From Bacteroidota bacterium (lineage in GTDB: Bacteria > Bacteroidota > Bacteroidia > Chitinophagales > LD1): a DNA stretch of 64,000 nt. The notes under the pieces are model-generated. The model worked only from the letters and a program-made list of their open reading frames with translations. It had not been told where the DNA came from and made no database searches. Made by a program: the position numbers and the translations under genes. The stretch lies in the NCBI GenBank assembly GCA_026391075.1, contig JAPLES010000005.1:72660-136659 (forward strand), given 5' to 3'. Shown one piece after another: positions 46,033-55,567 of the stretch (the first letter of the stretch is position 1; each line of letters starts with the position of its first letter).

Positions 46033-48234
46033 ATGAAAAAAATATTTCTGCTCCTCGTTGCTTTTGCAACTACACAAATTCTCTTTGCGCAAAAAGACCT
46101 GACCAAATATGTTGACCCTTTTATAGGCACAGGTGGACATGGACACACTTTCCCGGGACCGACAATGCCTTTTGGTATGGTGCAGTTGAGTCCTGATACA
46201 CGATTGAAAGGTTGGGATGGCTGCTCGGGGTATCATTACTCAGATAAGCTGATTTACGGTTTCTCGCACACGCATCTGAGCGGAACTGGTTGCAGTGACT
46301 ACGGAGATATTCTTTTAACTCCAACCGTTGGCAAGCCGCAGTTCAGTAACAAGAAGTATTCTTCGCCTTTTAAAAAGGAAAGCGAGAAAGCAAGCGCGGG
46401 TTACTATTCGGTGTTTCTTGATAAGCCGAAAGTGAAAGTTGAATTGACGGCAACTACACGCACCGGTTTACACAAATACACTTTTCCAAAATCTACTTCT
46501 TCGAATATCATTTTGGATTTAACGCACCGCGATTTTGCGAAGCAGGGAGAAATAAATATTACGGGCAACAACGAAATTTCAGGAACGCGCGTGAGCAAGC
46601 AGTGGGCCGATAATCAGATTCTGTATTTCGTAATTCAGTTTTCTAAACCGTTTATTGAATCAGGTATTGCAAAGGCTGAGGCCGTAAACACCAACTCTAA
46701 ACACGATACCGGTTCTTTGCTGAAAGCATTTGTAAGTTTTAATACGGAAGAAGGCGAAGTGATTTATGCGCGTGTTGGAATTTCGGCAGTGAGTATTGAT
46801 GGCGCTCGAAAAAATTTAGAAACAGAACAAAAGGATTTTGATTTTGAAAAGACAAAACGCAATGCAGAAGCTGAGTGGAATAAAGAGCTAAGCAAAATTG
46901 AAATTGAAACCACTGATGAAAACAACAAGCGCACTTTCTACACTGCGCTTTATCACTGCATGATTTCACCTAATACTTACATGGATGTAGACGGCAAATA
47001 TCGTGGGCGCGATTTTAAAGTTCACGAAACAAATTCGTTCAACTACAGCACCGTGTTTTCGCTTTGGGATACTTACCGCGCGCTTCACCCACTGCTGACT
47101 TTGATTGACAAAAAACGCAGTTCAGATTTCATCAACACATTTATTAAAGAGTATGAAGAAGGTGGTCGCTTACCGGTTTGGGAGTTGAGCAGTTGCGAAA
47201 CCTGGTGCATGATTGGCTACCACGCCATTCCGGTAATTACCGAAGCGGTTATGAAAGATGTTACGGGCTTTGACGTAAACAAAGCTTATGAAGCAATGAA
47301 GTTCAGTGCTATGGAAGACAAGAATGCGCTGGATAGTTACAAAGCGAACGGCTACGTAAAATATCAGAGTAACGGACAAAGTGTTTCGCGCACGCTGGAA
47401 TATGGTTTTGATGATTGGTGTATTGCCATGGTGGCAAAGAAACTCGGCAAGCAAGACGACTATAATTATTTTATTCAGCGAGCACAGAGTTATAAAAATG
47501 TGTTTGACAAGGAAACAGGTTTCATGCGTCCGCGCAATGGAGAATTTCTTTCGCCATTCGACCCATTTAAGGTTGACAACAATTACACCGAAGGAAATTC
47601 ATGGCAATATTCTTTTTACGTACCGCAGGATTTAACCGGACAAATGAAATTGCTTGGCGGCAAAGAAAAGCTGGCCGCGTTTCTTGATTCTCTATTTACC
47701 GCTTCATCGAAATTAACCGGCCACAAGCAACCCGACATAAGCGGTATGATTGGGCAGTATGTGCACGGCAACGAGCCCAGCCATCAGATTGCTTATGAGT
47801 ATAACTATGCAGGCCAGCCATGGAAAACACAAAGCATGGTGCGCAGAATTATGAATGAAATGTATCACGCTGCACCCGATGGTTTAAGTGGCAATGAAGA
47901 TTGCGGACAGATGAGTGCCTGGTATGTTTTCAGTGCGCTGGGTTTTTATCCTGTGTGCCCGGGCAGCGACCATTATGCGATTGGCTCAGCCGTTTTAGAT
48001 AAGGCAACTATTCATTTAGAAAACGGAAAATCATTTACAGTTACTGCCAACGCCAACCAAAAGGAAAATGTTTACATCAGTTCTGCTAAACTGAATGGCG
48101 CTAACTACACCAAGAGTTATTTGTTGTATGATGATTTAAAAAACGGTGGCACACTTCATTTGGAAATGAGCGGTGAGCCCAACAAAAATTGGGGAAGCAG
48201 CGAAGGTGATATACCTGTTACGAAAATTGATTGA
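46033..48234 (+). CDS. GH92 family alpha-mannosidase
   Basis: DPFIGTGGHGHTFPGPTMPFGMVQLSPDT, GFSHTHLSGTGCSDYGD, HGNEPSHQIAY and GNEDCGQMSAWYVFSALGFYPV. Confidence 0.9.
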   Translation: MKKIFLLLVAFATTQILFAQKDLTKYVDPFIGTGGHGHTFPGPTMPFGMVQLSPDTRLKGWDGCSGYHYSDKLIYGFSHTHLSGTGCSDYGDILLTPTVGKPQFSNKKYSSPFKKESEKASAGYYSVFLDKPKVKVELTATTRTGLHKYTFPKSTSSNIILDLTHRDFAKQGEINITGNNEISGTRVSKQWADNQILYFVIQFSKPFIESGIAKAEAVNTNSKHDTGSLLKAFVSFNTEEGEVIYARVGISAVSIDGARKNLETEQKDFDFEKTKRNAEAEWNKELSKIEIETTDENNKRTFYTALYHCMISPNTYMDVDGKYRGRDFKVHETNSFNYSTVFSLWDTYRALHPLLTLIDKKRSSDFINTFIKEYEEGGRLPVWELSSCETWCMIGYHAIPVITEAVMKDVTGFDVNKAYEAMKFSAMEDKNALDSYKANGYVKYQSNGQSVSRTLEYGFDDWCIAMVAKKLGKQDDYNYFIQRAQSYKNVFDKETGFMRPRNGEFLSPFDPFKVDNNYTEGNSWQYSFYVPQDLTGQMKLLGGKEKLAAFLDSLFTASSKLTGHKQPDISGMIGQYVHGNEPSHQIAYEYNYAGQPWKTQSMVRRIMNEMYHAAPDGLSGNEDCGQMSAWYVFSALGFYPVCPGSDHYAIGSAVLDKATIHLENGKSFTVTANANQKENVYISSAKLNGANYTKSYLLYDDLKNGGTLHLEMSGEPNKNWGSSEGDIPVTKID

Positions 48235-48325
48235 TACGGGATTTGATATTGAAAAATCTTTTGTAAAAAAGTTCATTTCATTCCCCTATCACAGCATTGA
48301 TCGAATGCTTCGCTTACTAAAAAAT

Positions 48326-49627
48326 ATGATGACAAAAATTGCTTCACAATTAATAATCCTGGCTCTCTCCGTTTCAAGTTTGTTTGCGCAAACCAGTCAC
48401 GACTTAGCTAAAAGTATTGAACAAAATCCGGACTTCAAGTTGGTGAAAGAAAAAGCGCAGGCAATAATTAAAACGGGGTTCAATGCCGGTGATGGTTATA
48501 TACAAGTTTGGATAAGAGATTTGAATACGTTTATAGAATTAGCAATGGATGCAAATCAGAAAGAAGTTGAAAATGCGCTGTTGGTGTTTTTTAAACTTCA
48601 GGCAGAAGACGGAAATATTTTAGATGGATATACTCCGGCTAAGGATAAAAAGCCCTTCACTAAAAAAAAGGATTGCGTGAATACAACTTTGGCTCCTAAC
48701 TACTGCGGCCATAAAAACACAGTGGCAACCGATCAGGAAACTTCACTGATTCAAGCCGTTTACAAATACGTTACTAAAACCGGAAATACTCAATTTCTGC
48801 AAACTAAAGTTGGTGAAATAACGGTGGCACAACGAATGGAAATGGCTATGCTTTATTTGATGAAGCATAAGTGGACTGAAAAATACGGGTTGATTATTGG
48901 AGCCGCTACAGCCGATTGGGGCGATGTGCAACAAAGCGGTTTCAGTGGGGTGGATATTTCGAAGAAAACAAAATTCTGTGCCGATATTTACGACAACGCC
49001 ATGATGATTATCGCCCTAAAAAACATGATGGAAATTATTCCCGAAACCAAAAGCACATGGCAACCCATATGCGATTCCATTGCACAAAACACCATGAAGT
49101 ATTTATGGGATAATAAAAATCAGAAGTTCATTCCTCATCTGTATTTAGATGGTTCGCCATATCCTGCAAGCTTTGATGAAAACAAAATTTTTTACCACGG
49201 AGGAACAGCCGTTGCTATTGAAGCAGGGCTTTTATCTAAAGAGCAAATACAAGTTTCGTTACAAAAAATGAAAGCCAATATAAAGGAGTCAGGAGCCGCA
49301 TCTATTGGATTAACGCTCTATCCTGTTTACCCAAAATGGGCTTTTGAAAATCCGGGCTTAACTCCCTGGCAGTATCAAAACGGTGGCGACTGGACATGGT
49401 TTGGCGGAAGAATGATTCAACAGTTAGTGCGCTTTGGATTTGTTGAAGATGCATACGAATGCTTACAACCCATGACCGCAAGGGCTGCAAAAAATAATGG
49501 CTTTTACGAATGGTATACAAAAGAAAATAAACCAAAAGGTTCAGGAACTTTTAGAGGCGAAGCCGGTGTGCTGTATAAGTCCATTATCATGTTAGAAGAT
49601 TGGAGCAAAAATCAAATCAAAAATTAA
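48326..49627 (+). CDS. Six-hairpin (alpha/alpha)6 glycoside-hydrolase-like protein, family uncertain
   Basis: Signal peptide from the ATG at 48326. WIRDLNTF, ATADWGDV, YDNAMMIIAL and WQYQNGGDWTWFGG resemble the GDE_C/GH63/GH100-type Y-[HQ]-N-G-G-x-W block. Confidence 0.45.
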   Translation: MMTKIASQLIILALSVSSLFAQTSHDLAKSIEQNPDFKLVKEKAQAIIKTGFNAGDGYIQVWIRDLNTFIELAMDANQKEVENALLVFFKLQAEDGNILDGYTPAKDKKPFTKKKDCVNTTLAPNYCGHKNTVATDQETSLIQAVYKYVTKTGNTQFLQTKVGEITVAQRMEMAMLYLMKHKWTEKYGLIIGAATADWGDVQQSGFSGVDISKKTKFCADIYDNAMMIIALKNMMEIIPETKSTWQPICDSIAQNTMKYLWDNKNQKFIPHLYLDGSPYPASFDENKIFYHGGTAVAIEAGLLSKEQIQVSLQKMKANIKESGAASIGLTLYPVYPKWAFENPGLTPWQYQNGGDWTWFGGRMIQQLVRFGFVEDAYECLQPMTARAAKNNGFYEWYTKENKPKGSGTFRGEAGVLYKSIIMLEDWSKNQIKN

Positions 49628-49674
49628 AACAGGAAGTAGATTCATTAAAAGCATTTTGATTTTTGACAGCAGAA

Positions 49675-51870
49675 ATGATGACCAAGCAGTATACATTTTT
49701 AATAGCGCTCTGCATTTTTTGCCATTCAGTATTTTCTCAAAATGCTGATTATCGCAACACCTCCTTAAGCTTTGAAACAAGGGCTTGGGATTTGCTTAGC
49801 AAAATGACGCTGGAGCAAAAAATTTCGCAATTGGGAAACGATGCTCCTTCTATTTCCACTTTGGGTATTGAAAAATACGATTGGTGGAATGAATGTTTGC
49901 ATGGTGTGGCAAGAGCCGGTGAAGCCACTGTGTTTCCTCAAGCCATTGGAATGGCAGCAAGTTTTGATACCGCATTGATGTATAAAGTTGCTGATGCTAT
50001 AAGCACAGAGGCGCGCGCAAAATACAATGAGGCTGTTCGTAGAAACCAACAGGGTAAGCGCTATTACGGACTTACTTTCTGGTCACCTAACATCAATATC
50101 TTTCGAGATCCTCGCTGGGGACGCGGACACGAAACCTATGGAGAAGACCCCTATTTAACCGCAGTAATGGGAGTTCAGTTTGTAAGAGGTTTGCAGGATA
50201 ACGACCCCAAATATTTTAAAGTGATAGCCACTGCCAAACACTATGCGGTTCACAGCGGTCCGGAATCTGAACGGCATTTTTTTAATGCAGAACCCCCAAT
50301 ACGCGATTTGTATGAAACCTATCTTCCGGCTTTTGAATCCTTAGTAAAAAAGGCGGGTGTGTTTTCAGTAATGAGTGCTTACAACCGGGTTTATGGTCAA
50401 TCGGCCAGTGCAAGCAAATTGCTGCTTGAAAATATCTTGCGTAACGAATGGGGTTTTAATGGATACGTGGTTTCAGATTGTGGCGCTATACGCGACATTT
50501 ATAAGTTTCATAAAATTACGGAGAACAGAACACAGGCTTCTGCCTTGGGCATTACTAATGGTTGCGATTTAGATTGCGGAATTGTTTATCAGTCTGCGCT
50601 TAAAATGGCAGTTAAAAAAAATCTTGTTTCAGAGCAGGATATTGATACTTCTGTTTACCGCTTAATGTATGCCCGCATGAAACTGGGTATGTTCGATAGC
50701 GCTGAAGACGTGCCTTTTTCGAGCATTCCATTCTCTGCAAACAATAGCACTCAACACGATGCATTAGCTTATGAAATGGCGAAAAAGTCAATGGTGCTTT
50801 TAAAGAACAATGGCATTTTACCGTTAAGCAAAAACGCAATAAAAAAAATTGTGGTCTTAGGTCCCAATGCTAACAGTTTAGCAGTATTGCGCAGTAATTA
50901 TTTTGGCGAAGCATCGCATCCTGTAACGGTGTTAGAAGGAATTAAAAAGTTAGCAGGCAATACGATTGAAATATTTTATGCGAATGAAGTTCCCATTGCT
51001 TTAGCCAATTCCCAAAAATTTAAATTTTCATCTGCAACACTTGAAAAAATTAAAGCTGCTGATCTGGTATTATTTGTTGGCGGATTAGATGCCACCTGGG
51101 AAGGCGAAGAAGGAAGTGTGATGAAAGCAGTAAGCGGCTTTTCGGGTGGCGACAGAACAAAAATTGAATTACCGGAAATTCAGTTACAAGCATTGCAGGC
51201 AATAAAACAAATCGGTAAGCCTGTTGTATTCGTCTTGATGTCGGGCAGTGCGGTATCGTTCAATGGCATGGAAAAAAACATGGATGCCATTTTGCAAGCA
51301 TGGTATCCCGGCCAACGAGGAGGTGATGCCGTAGCCGATATTCTTTTTGGAAATTATAATCCTGCCGGGCGTTTACCTCTTACTTTCTATTCATCAACCA
51401 ATGAGCTTGGCGACTTTCGAAATTATAACCTTCGCTCCGGCAAAGGGCTTACCTACCGTTTCTACAAAGGCAATGCACTCTATCCGTTTGGTCACGGACT
51501 CAGCTACACTCAATTTGAATATTCCAATCTTGAAATTGATAAAACAACATTTTCAAATACAGATACCATCCGTGTTTCTGTAATGATTAAAAATATTGGG
51601 AATGCGGATGGTGAAGAAGTTGTTCAGTTATATATCAAAGATGTGGACTCAAAACTTTGGATGCCAGAAAAACAACTAAAAGGTTTTCAAAAAATTTATT
51701 TAGAAAAAGGCGAAACAAAAAAACTGAGTTTCCAAATAACGATTGCAGATGCACTTCGATACTATGACGAAAACACAAAACAATTTAAAGTGGAACCCGG
51801 AGAATTTCAAATTCAAATTGGCGCATCCAGTCAGGATATCAGGCTTAAAAGGAATGTGGAGGTGAGGTGA
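49675..51870 (+). CDS. GH3 family beta-glucosidase/beta-xylosidase with a C-terminal FnIII-like domain
   Basis: SPNINIFRDPRWGRGHETYGEDP, KHYAVHSGPE and the nucleophile context GYVVSDCGAI. FGHGLSYTQFEYS is also present. Signal peptide from the ATG at 49675. Confidence 0.88.
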   Translation: MMTKQYTFLIALCIFCHSVFSQNADYRNTSLSFETRAWDLLSKMTLEQKISQLGNDAPSISTLGIEKYDWWNECLHGVARAGEATVFPQAIGMAASFDTALMYKVADAISTEARAKYNEAVRRNQQGKRYYGLTFWSPNINIFRDPRWGRGHETYGEDPYLTAVMGVQFVRGLQDNDPKYFKVIATAKHYAVHSGPESERHFFNAEPPIRDLYETYLPAFESLVKKAGVFSVMSAYNRVYGQSASASKLLLENILRNEWGFNGYVVSDCGAIRDIYKFHKITENRTQASALGITNGCDLDCGIVYQSALKMAVKKNLVSEQDIDTSVYRLMYARMKLGMFDSAEDVPFSSIPFSANNSTQHDALAYEMAKKSMVLLKNNGILPLSKNAIKKIVVLGPNANSLAVLRSNYFGEASHPVTVLEGIKKLAGNTIEIFYANEVPIALANSQKFKFSSATLEKIKAADLVLFVGGLDATWEGEEGSVMKAVSGFSGGDRTKIELPEIQLQALQAIKQIGKPVVFVLMSGSAVSFNGMEKNMDAILQAWYPGQRGGDAVADILFGNYNPAGRLPLTFYSSTNELGDFRNYNLRSGKGLTYRFYKGNALYPFGHGLSYTQFEYSNLEIDKTTFSNTDTIRVSVMIKNIGNADGEEVVQLYIKDVDSKLWMPEKQLKGFQKIYLEKGETKKLSFQITIADALRYYDENTKQFKVEPGEFQIQIGASSQDIRLKRNVEVR

Positions 51871-51967
51871 CGTTTTTAAAACTTAATAAACGTAGTAAGA
51901 TCGTTGTAAGCCTTTGTTTAAAAATTAACCTGCCAACGCGTTTTAGTAATTCTTTATTTCTTTGATT

Positions 51968-54256
51968 ATGCTAAAACCACTCTCTCTGAAAAAGGCAATC
52001 CTTCTTTTTGTACTCTTTCCTTTATTTCTTTTTTCTCAAAAAGATTTTTCTGTTTATGTAAATCCGTTTATTGGTACCGGTGGACATGGACACACTTTTC
52101 CTGGTGCTACGGTTCCTTTTGGTATGGTGCAACTGAGCCCCGATACACGATTGACAGGTTGGGATGGGTGCTCGGGCTATCATTATTCCGATAAAAAGAT
52201 TTATGGTTTTTCACACACGCACTTGAGCGGCACCGGTTGCAGCGATTATGGCGATGTGATGCTGATGCCAACCGTTGGTAAGGTTCGGTTGAGCAACAAA
52301 AACAACTCTTCCACTTTCAAAAAGGAAACCGAGAAAGCAAGTGCTGGTTATTACTGTGTTTTTCTTGATAAGCCAAAAGTTAAAGTAGAACTGACTTCTA
52401 CTACCCGCACAGGTTTACACAAATACACCTTTCCAAAAACGTCTTCAGCCAATGTAATTCTCGACTTAACGCACCGCGATAGAGCGAAGAAGGGCGAAAT
52501 AAATATTACCGGCAACAACGAAATATCAGGTTATAGGATCAGTTCTGCCTGGGCAAGTAATCAGCACGTATACTTCGTTATTCAGTTTTCAAAACCGTTT
52601 AAAAAATTTGGAACAGCAAAAGCTGATGCGATAAGCAAAGGTAGCAAGCATGTTCGCGGAAGTTTATTGAAAGCATTCGTACAGTTTGAAACCGAAGAAG
52701 GGGAAATGATTTATGCGCGTGTGGGAATTTCGGCTGTGAGTGTAGAAGGCGCACGTAAAAATTTAGAAGCCGAGCAACCAAGTTTCGATTTTGAAAAGAT
52801 AAAAACTGATGCTGTAAAACTTTGGAACAAGGAGCTTGGAAAAATTGAAGTAGAATCCGATAGCGAGAACAATAAGCGCACATTCTATACTGCACTATAC
52901 CACAGCATGATTGCACCCAATGTTTATCAGGACGTGGATGGTAAATATCGTGGACGCGACTTGCAAGTGCACGAAACCAAGGACTATACCAATTATACTG
53001 TTTTCAGTCTGTGGGACACCTATCGCGCTTTACATCCGCTGCTCACCATCATTGACCGTAAGCGAACTTCCAACTTCGTCAATACTTTTATAACACAATA
53101 TAAAGAAGGTGGTTTACTGCCTATTTGGGAACTTGCTGCAAACGAAACATACTGCATGATTGGCTACCATGCCGTGCCTGTAATTACTGATGCTTATTTA
53201 AAAGGAATTCCGAGTATTAACGCTGAGCTGGCATTGCAGGCTATGCGCAAAAGCGCGGAGACCGATGAAAAAGGTTTGCGAACTATTAAGTTACCAAGCT
53301 CGCTCTTAGCTGAAATTTCATTATACAGATACAAGAAGGGAATGAGCTACTATTTTAAAAACGGCTATATCAAGAATAGCTTTATGAGCGGGTCGGTGGC
53401 TAAAACGTTGGAGTTTGCTTATGACGACTGGTGTATAGCACAAATGGCTGCTGCAATGGACAGCAATTCTGTTTATGAAAAGTATATTAAGCGGGCACAG
53501 AATTATAAAAATGTTTATGACCCTTCTACACATTTTATGCGTGCCCGTACTAAAAGAGGTTTTGTAGGAGGCTTCGATCCTTTCAAAGCCAGCCTCACGG
53601 TATACTGTGAAGCTAACGCCTGGCAATACTCACCTTATGTGCCTCAAGATATTTCAGGACTTATGCAGCTGGCCGGAGGCAAAGAGCGATACAGTCAGTT
53701 TCTTGATTCCCTCTTCCAAACTACCTCACAATTGAAAGGGCTCCACACGCAAGATATCTCGGGAATGATAGGGCAGTATGCCCACGGCAATGAACCCAGT
53801 CATCATGTAGCCTACATGTATAATTACACCGGCCAAGCATGGAAAACACAAGCGATGACCCGAAGAATTATGTCGGAATTTTATCTTAATAAACCTGACG
53901 GATTGCCGGGCAATGAAGACTGCGGACAGATGAGTGCCTGGTATGTTTTCAGTGCGCTAGGTTTTTACCCGGTGTGCCCGGGCAGCGACCATTATGCGAT
54001 TGGCTCACCGCTTTTCGACAAGGCGATTATTCATTTAGAGAACGGCAAATCGTTTACCATTCAAACTTCGGGCAATGGCAAAAACAATTTTTACATCAAC
54101 GCAGCGAAGTTAAATGGTGCGAATTATTCCAAATCGTTTTTAGAATATGCTGATATAGCTAATGGCGGAACTCTGGAATTAAACATGAGCAGCGAGCCAA
54201 ATAAAAATTGGGGAAGCGGAGAAGGTGATGTGCCGGTGACGAAGATTGAGAATTGA
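51968..54256 (+). CDS. GH92 family alpha-mannosidase (paralog 2)
   Basis: Same GH92 blocks as 46033-48234 (NPFIGTGGHGHTFPGATVPFGMVQLSPDT, HGNEPSHHVAY, GNEDCGQMSAWYVFSALGFYPV). ATG at 51968. Confidence 0.9.
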   Translation: MLKPLSLKKAILLFVLFPLFLFSQKDFSVYVNPFIGTGGHGHTFPGATVPFGMVQLSPDTRLTGWDGCSGYHYSDKKIYGFSHTHLSGTGCSDYGDVMLMPTVGKVRLSNKNNSSTFKKETEKASAGYYCVFLDKPKVKVELTSTTRTGLHKYTFPKTSSANVILDLTHRDRAKKGEINITGNNEISGYRISSAWASNQHVYFVIQFSKPFKKFGTAKADAISKGSKHVRGSLLKAFVQFETEEGEMIYARVGISAVSVEGARKNLEAEQPSFDFEKIKTDAVKLWNKELGKIEVESDSENNKRTFYTALYHSMIAPNVYQDVDGKYRGRDLQVHETKDYTNYTVFSLWDTYRALHPLLTIIDRKRTSNFVNTFITQYKEGGLLPIWELAANETYCMIGYHAVPVITDAYLKGIPSINAELALQAMRKSAETDEKGLRTIKLPSSLLAEISLYRYKKGMSYYFKNGYIKNSFMSGSVAKTLEFAYDDWCIAQMAAAMDSNSVYEKYIKRAQNYKNVYDPSTHFMRARTKRGFVGGFDPFKASLTVYCEANAWQYSPYVPQDISGLMQLAGGKERYSQFLDSLFQTTSQLKGLHTQDISGMIGQYAHGNEPSHHVAYMYNYTGQAWKTQAMTRRIMSEFYLNKPDGLPGNEDCGQMSAWYVFSALGFYPVCPGSDHYAIGSPLFDKAIIHLENGKSFTIQTSGNGKNNFYINAAKLNGANYSKSFLEYADIANGGTLELNMSSEPNKNWGSGEGDVPVTKIEN
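54225..54250 (+). repeat. Left copy of a 26-bp direct repeat (last codons of GH92 paralog 2)
   Basis: GTGATGTGCCGGTGACGAAGATTGAG matches 54819-54844 (GTGATGTGCAGGTGACGAAGATTGAG) at 25 of 26 positions. Confidence 0.9.
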
Positions 54257-54281
54257 TTTGATTGCTGAAGGAATTTGCTGA

Positions 54282-54557
54282 ACCGATTTTTATAAATTAA
54301 ATTTAACTGTAAATACGATTAAGCGTAAACAGAACAAATCTGAATTTGAACATTGGGAAGATCTCTCCGATGGAGGAAGAAAATACTGGTTTGATCTGAA
54401 AGGGAAAGTAAGTGGCTTTGCGCGATACATTAAAGTAGTGAATAGTGAAGAAGAAACTGTTTCGTTTACTCAAGAGATTTATAATAGCGATGGAGAGCTA
54501 ACTCATATTCACGAAAAATATCCAATAGATAAAGGACATCAAAAAATGAAACCATGA
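54282..54557 (+). pseudogene. Start-less ORF fragment (about 91 codons) inside the insert
   Basis: The frame is open from the stop at 54279-54281 to the TGA at 54555-54557. It has no ATG/TTG, and the only GTG leaves 39 codons. It overlaps the next ORF by ATGA. Translation: ...FEHWEDLSDGGRKYWFDLKGKVSGFARYIKVVNSEEETVSFTQEIYNSDGELTHIHEKYPIDKGHQKMKP. Confidence 0.3.
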
Positions 54558-54814
54558 TAACGAAACAAATAATTGCACAGCAACTTTTAAAATATCTGAA
54601 CCATCAAATAACTCTTGCCGTTTTAGTTGACTGGGCAGAGAACTCGATAATGCAAGGAAATATAGAACCTACCGAGCCGCGTGCACTCATGCAAATACTC
54701 GGACGCATTGGTGCGGCTGATGTAAAAGAGTTTGGTTTGCTATGGGAAGACTGCGACTCTATGATGCACCAACTCGGCTATGATATAAAGGTGGATGCCA
54801 ACTTAGCGGCATAG
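54554..54814 (+). CDS. Small hypothetical protein (86 aa), no recognisable family
   Basis: ATG-initiated ORF overlapping the upstream frame by 4 nt. Predicted helical, acidic. Confidence 0.4.
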   Translation: MITKQIIAQQLLKYLNHQITLAVLVDWAENSIMQGNIEPTEPRALMQILGRIGAADVKEFGLLWEDCDSMMHQLGYDIKVDANLAA

Positions 54815-54818
54815 TTAG

Positions 54819-54844
54819 TGATGTGCAGGTGACGAAGATTGAGT
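54819..54844 (+). repeat. Right copy of the 26-bp direct repeat (relic GH92 3' end with its own TGA)
   Basis: In the GH92 register it reads SDVQVTKIE-stop. This matches the ending of paralog 1 (GDIPVTKID-stop). Confidence 0.9.
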
Positions 54845-54895
54845 GAGAGAGAATCGCTTAACTATTCTATAGTTGTTTTAATAATGAGCATAGCA

Positions 54896-55507
54896 ATGAA
54901 AAAAATAATCTTAACGAATAGTGCAATTTTATTGATTGTATTAGGTTTTGCACAAGCGAACTTTAAATGGGAAAAAATTGATTCTGTAGCGAAAACAAAA
55001 GCTCAGATATATTCCGATACAAAAATGTTTATTGCGGAAACATGGAAGGCAGCCTCTTCAACAATAAACAAAGGCGCAATTGCAAGTATAATTTTTACTG
55101 GGAAAGGAGAAATAGTTAAAAACCTTTCAGCTGAAAAACATTCGATTCAAAATGATGATAAAGATAATGGTGCTATTTTGGTAAAAGGTGAAATGGAATT
55201 TAGCTCAGACTTCATGATGAACTCACATATTTATAGGTACTCTTACGATGTTAAGTTTTTAATGAAAGATAATAAGTATAAAATGACCATTGAAAATGTC
55301 CATTGCAATTATGCTCGATGCGTAAATATAGATTGGCCACTTATTGAACCCTGTGAGGATGTCGATTGCCCAGGGTTTAGCGAAACATCAATGCCTAGTA
55401 ATAAATTAATAGAGTTGATGACATCGTTAAAAGAGAACTTACAAAACATAGCAAATAGTTATGTAGCATACATTAAAACCCCAAGTGCATCTAATGGTGA
55501 TTGGTAA
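54896..55507 (+). CDS. DUF4468-like (TBP-like fold) secreted protein
   Basis: Signal peptide MKKIILTNSAILLIVLGFAQ. AKTKAQIYSDTKMFIAETWK...IQNDDKDNGAILVKG resembles DUF4468. Confidence 0.5.
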   Translation: MKKIILTNSAILLIVLGFAQANFKWEKIDSVAKTKAQIYSDTKMFIAETWKAASSTINKGAIASIIFTGKGEIVKNLSAEKHSIQNDDKDNGAILVKGEMEFSSDFMMNSHIYRYSYDVKFLMKDNKYKMTIENVHCNYARCVNIDWPLIEPCEDVDCPGFSETSMPSNKLIELMTSLKENLQNIANSYVAYIKTPSASNGDW

Positions 55508-55567
55508 AAATAATTTGCACTTTGTTATTGCTTTAGTATCGGCTTTGCGATATGTCACCAACATTTT

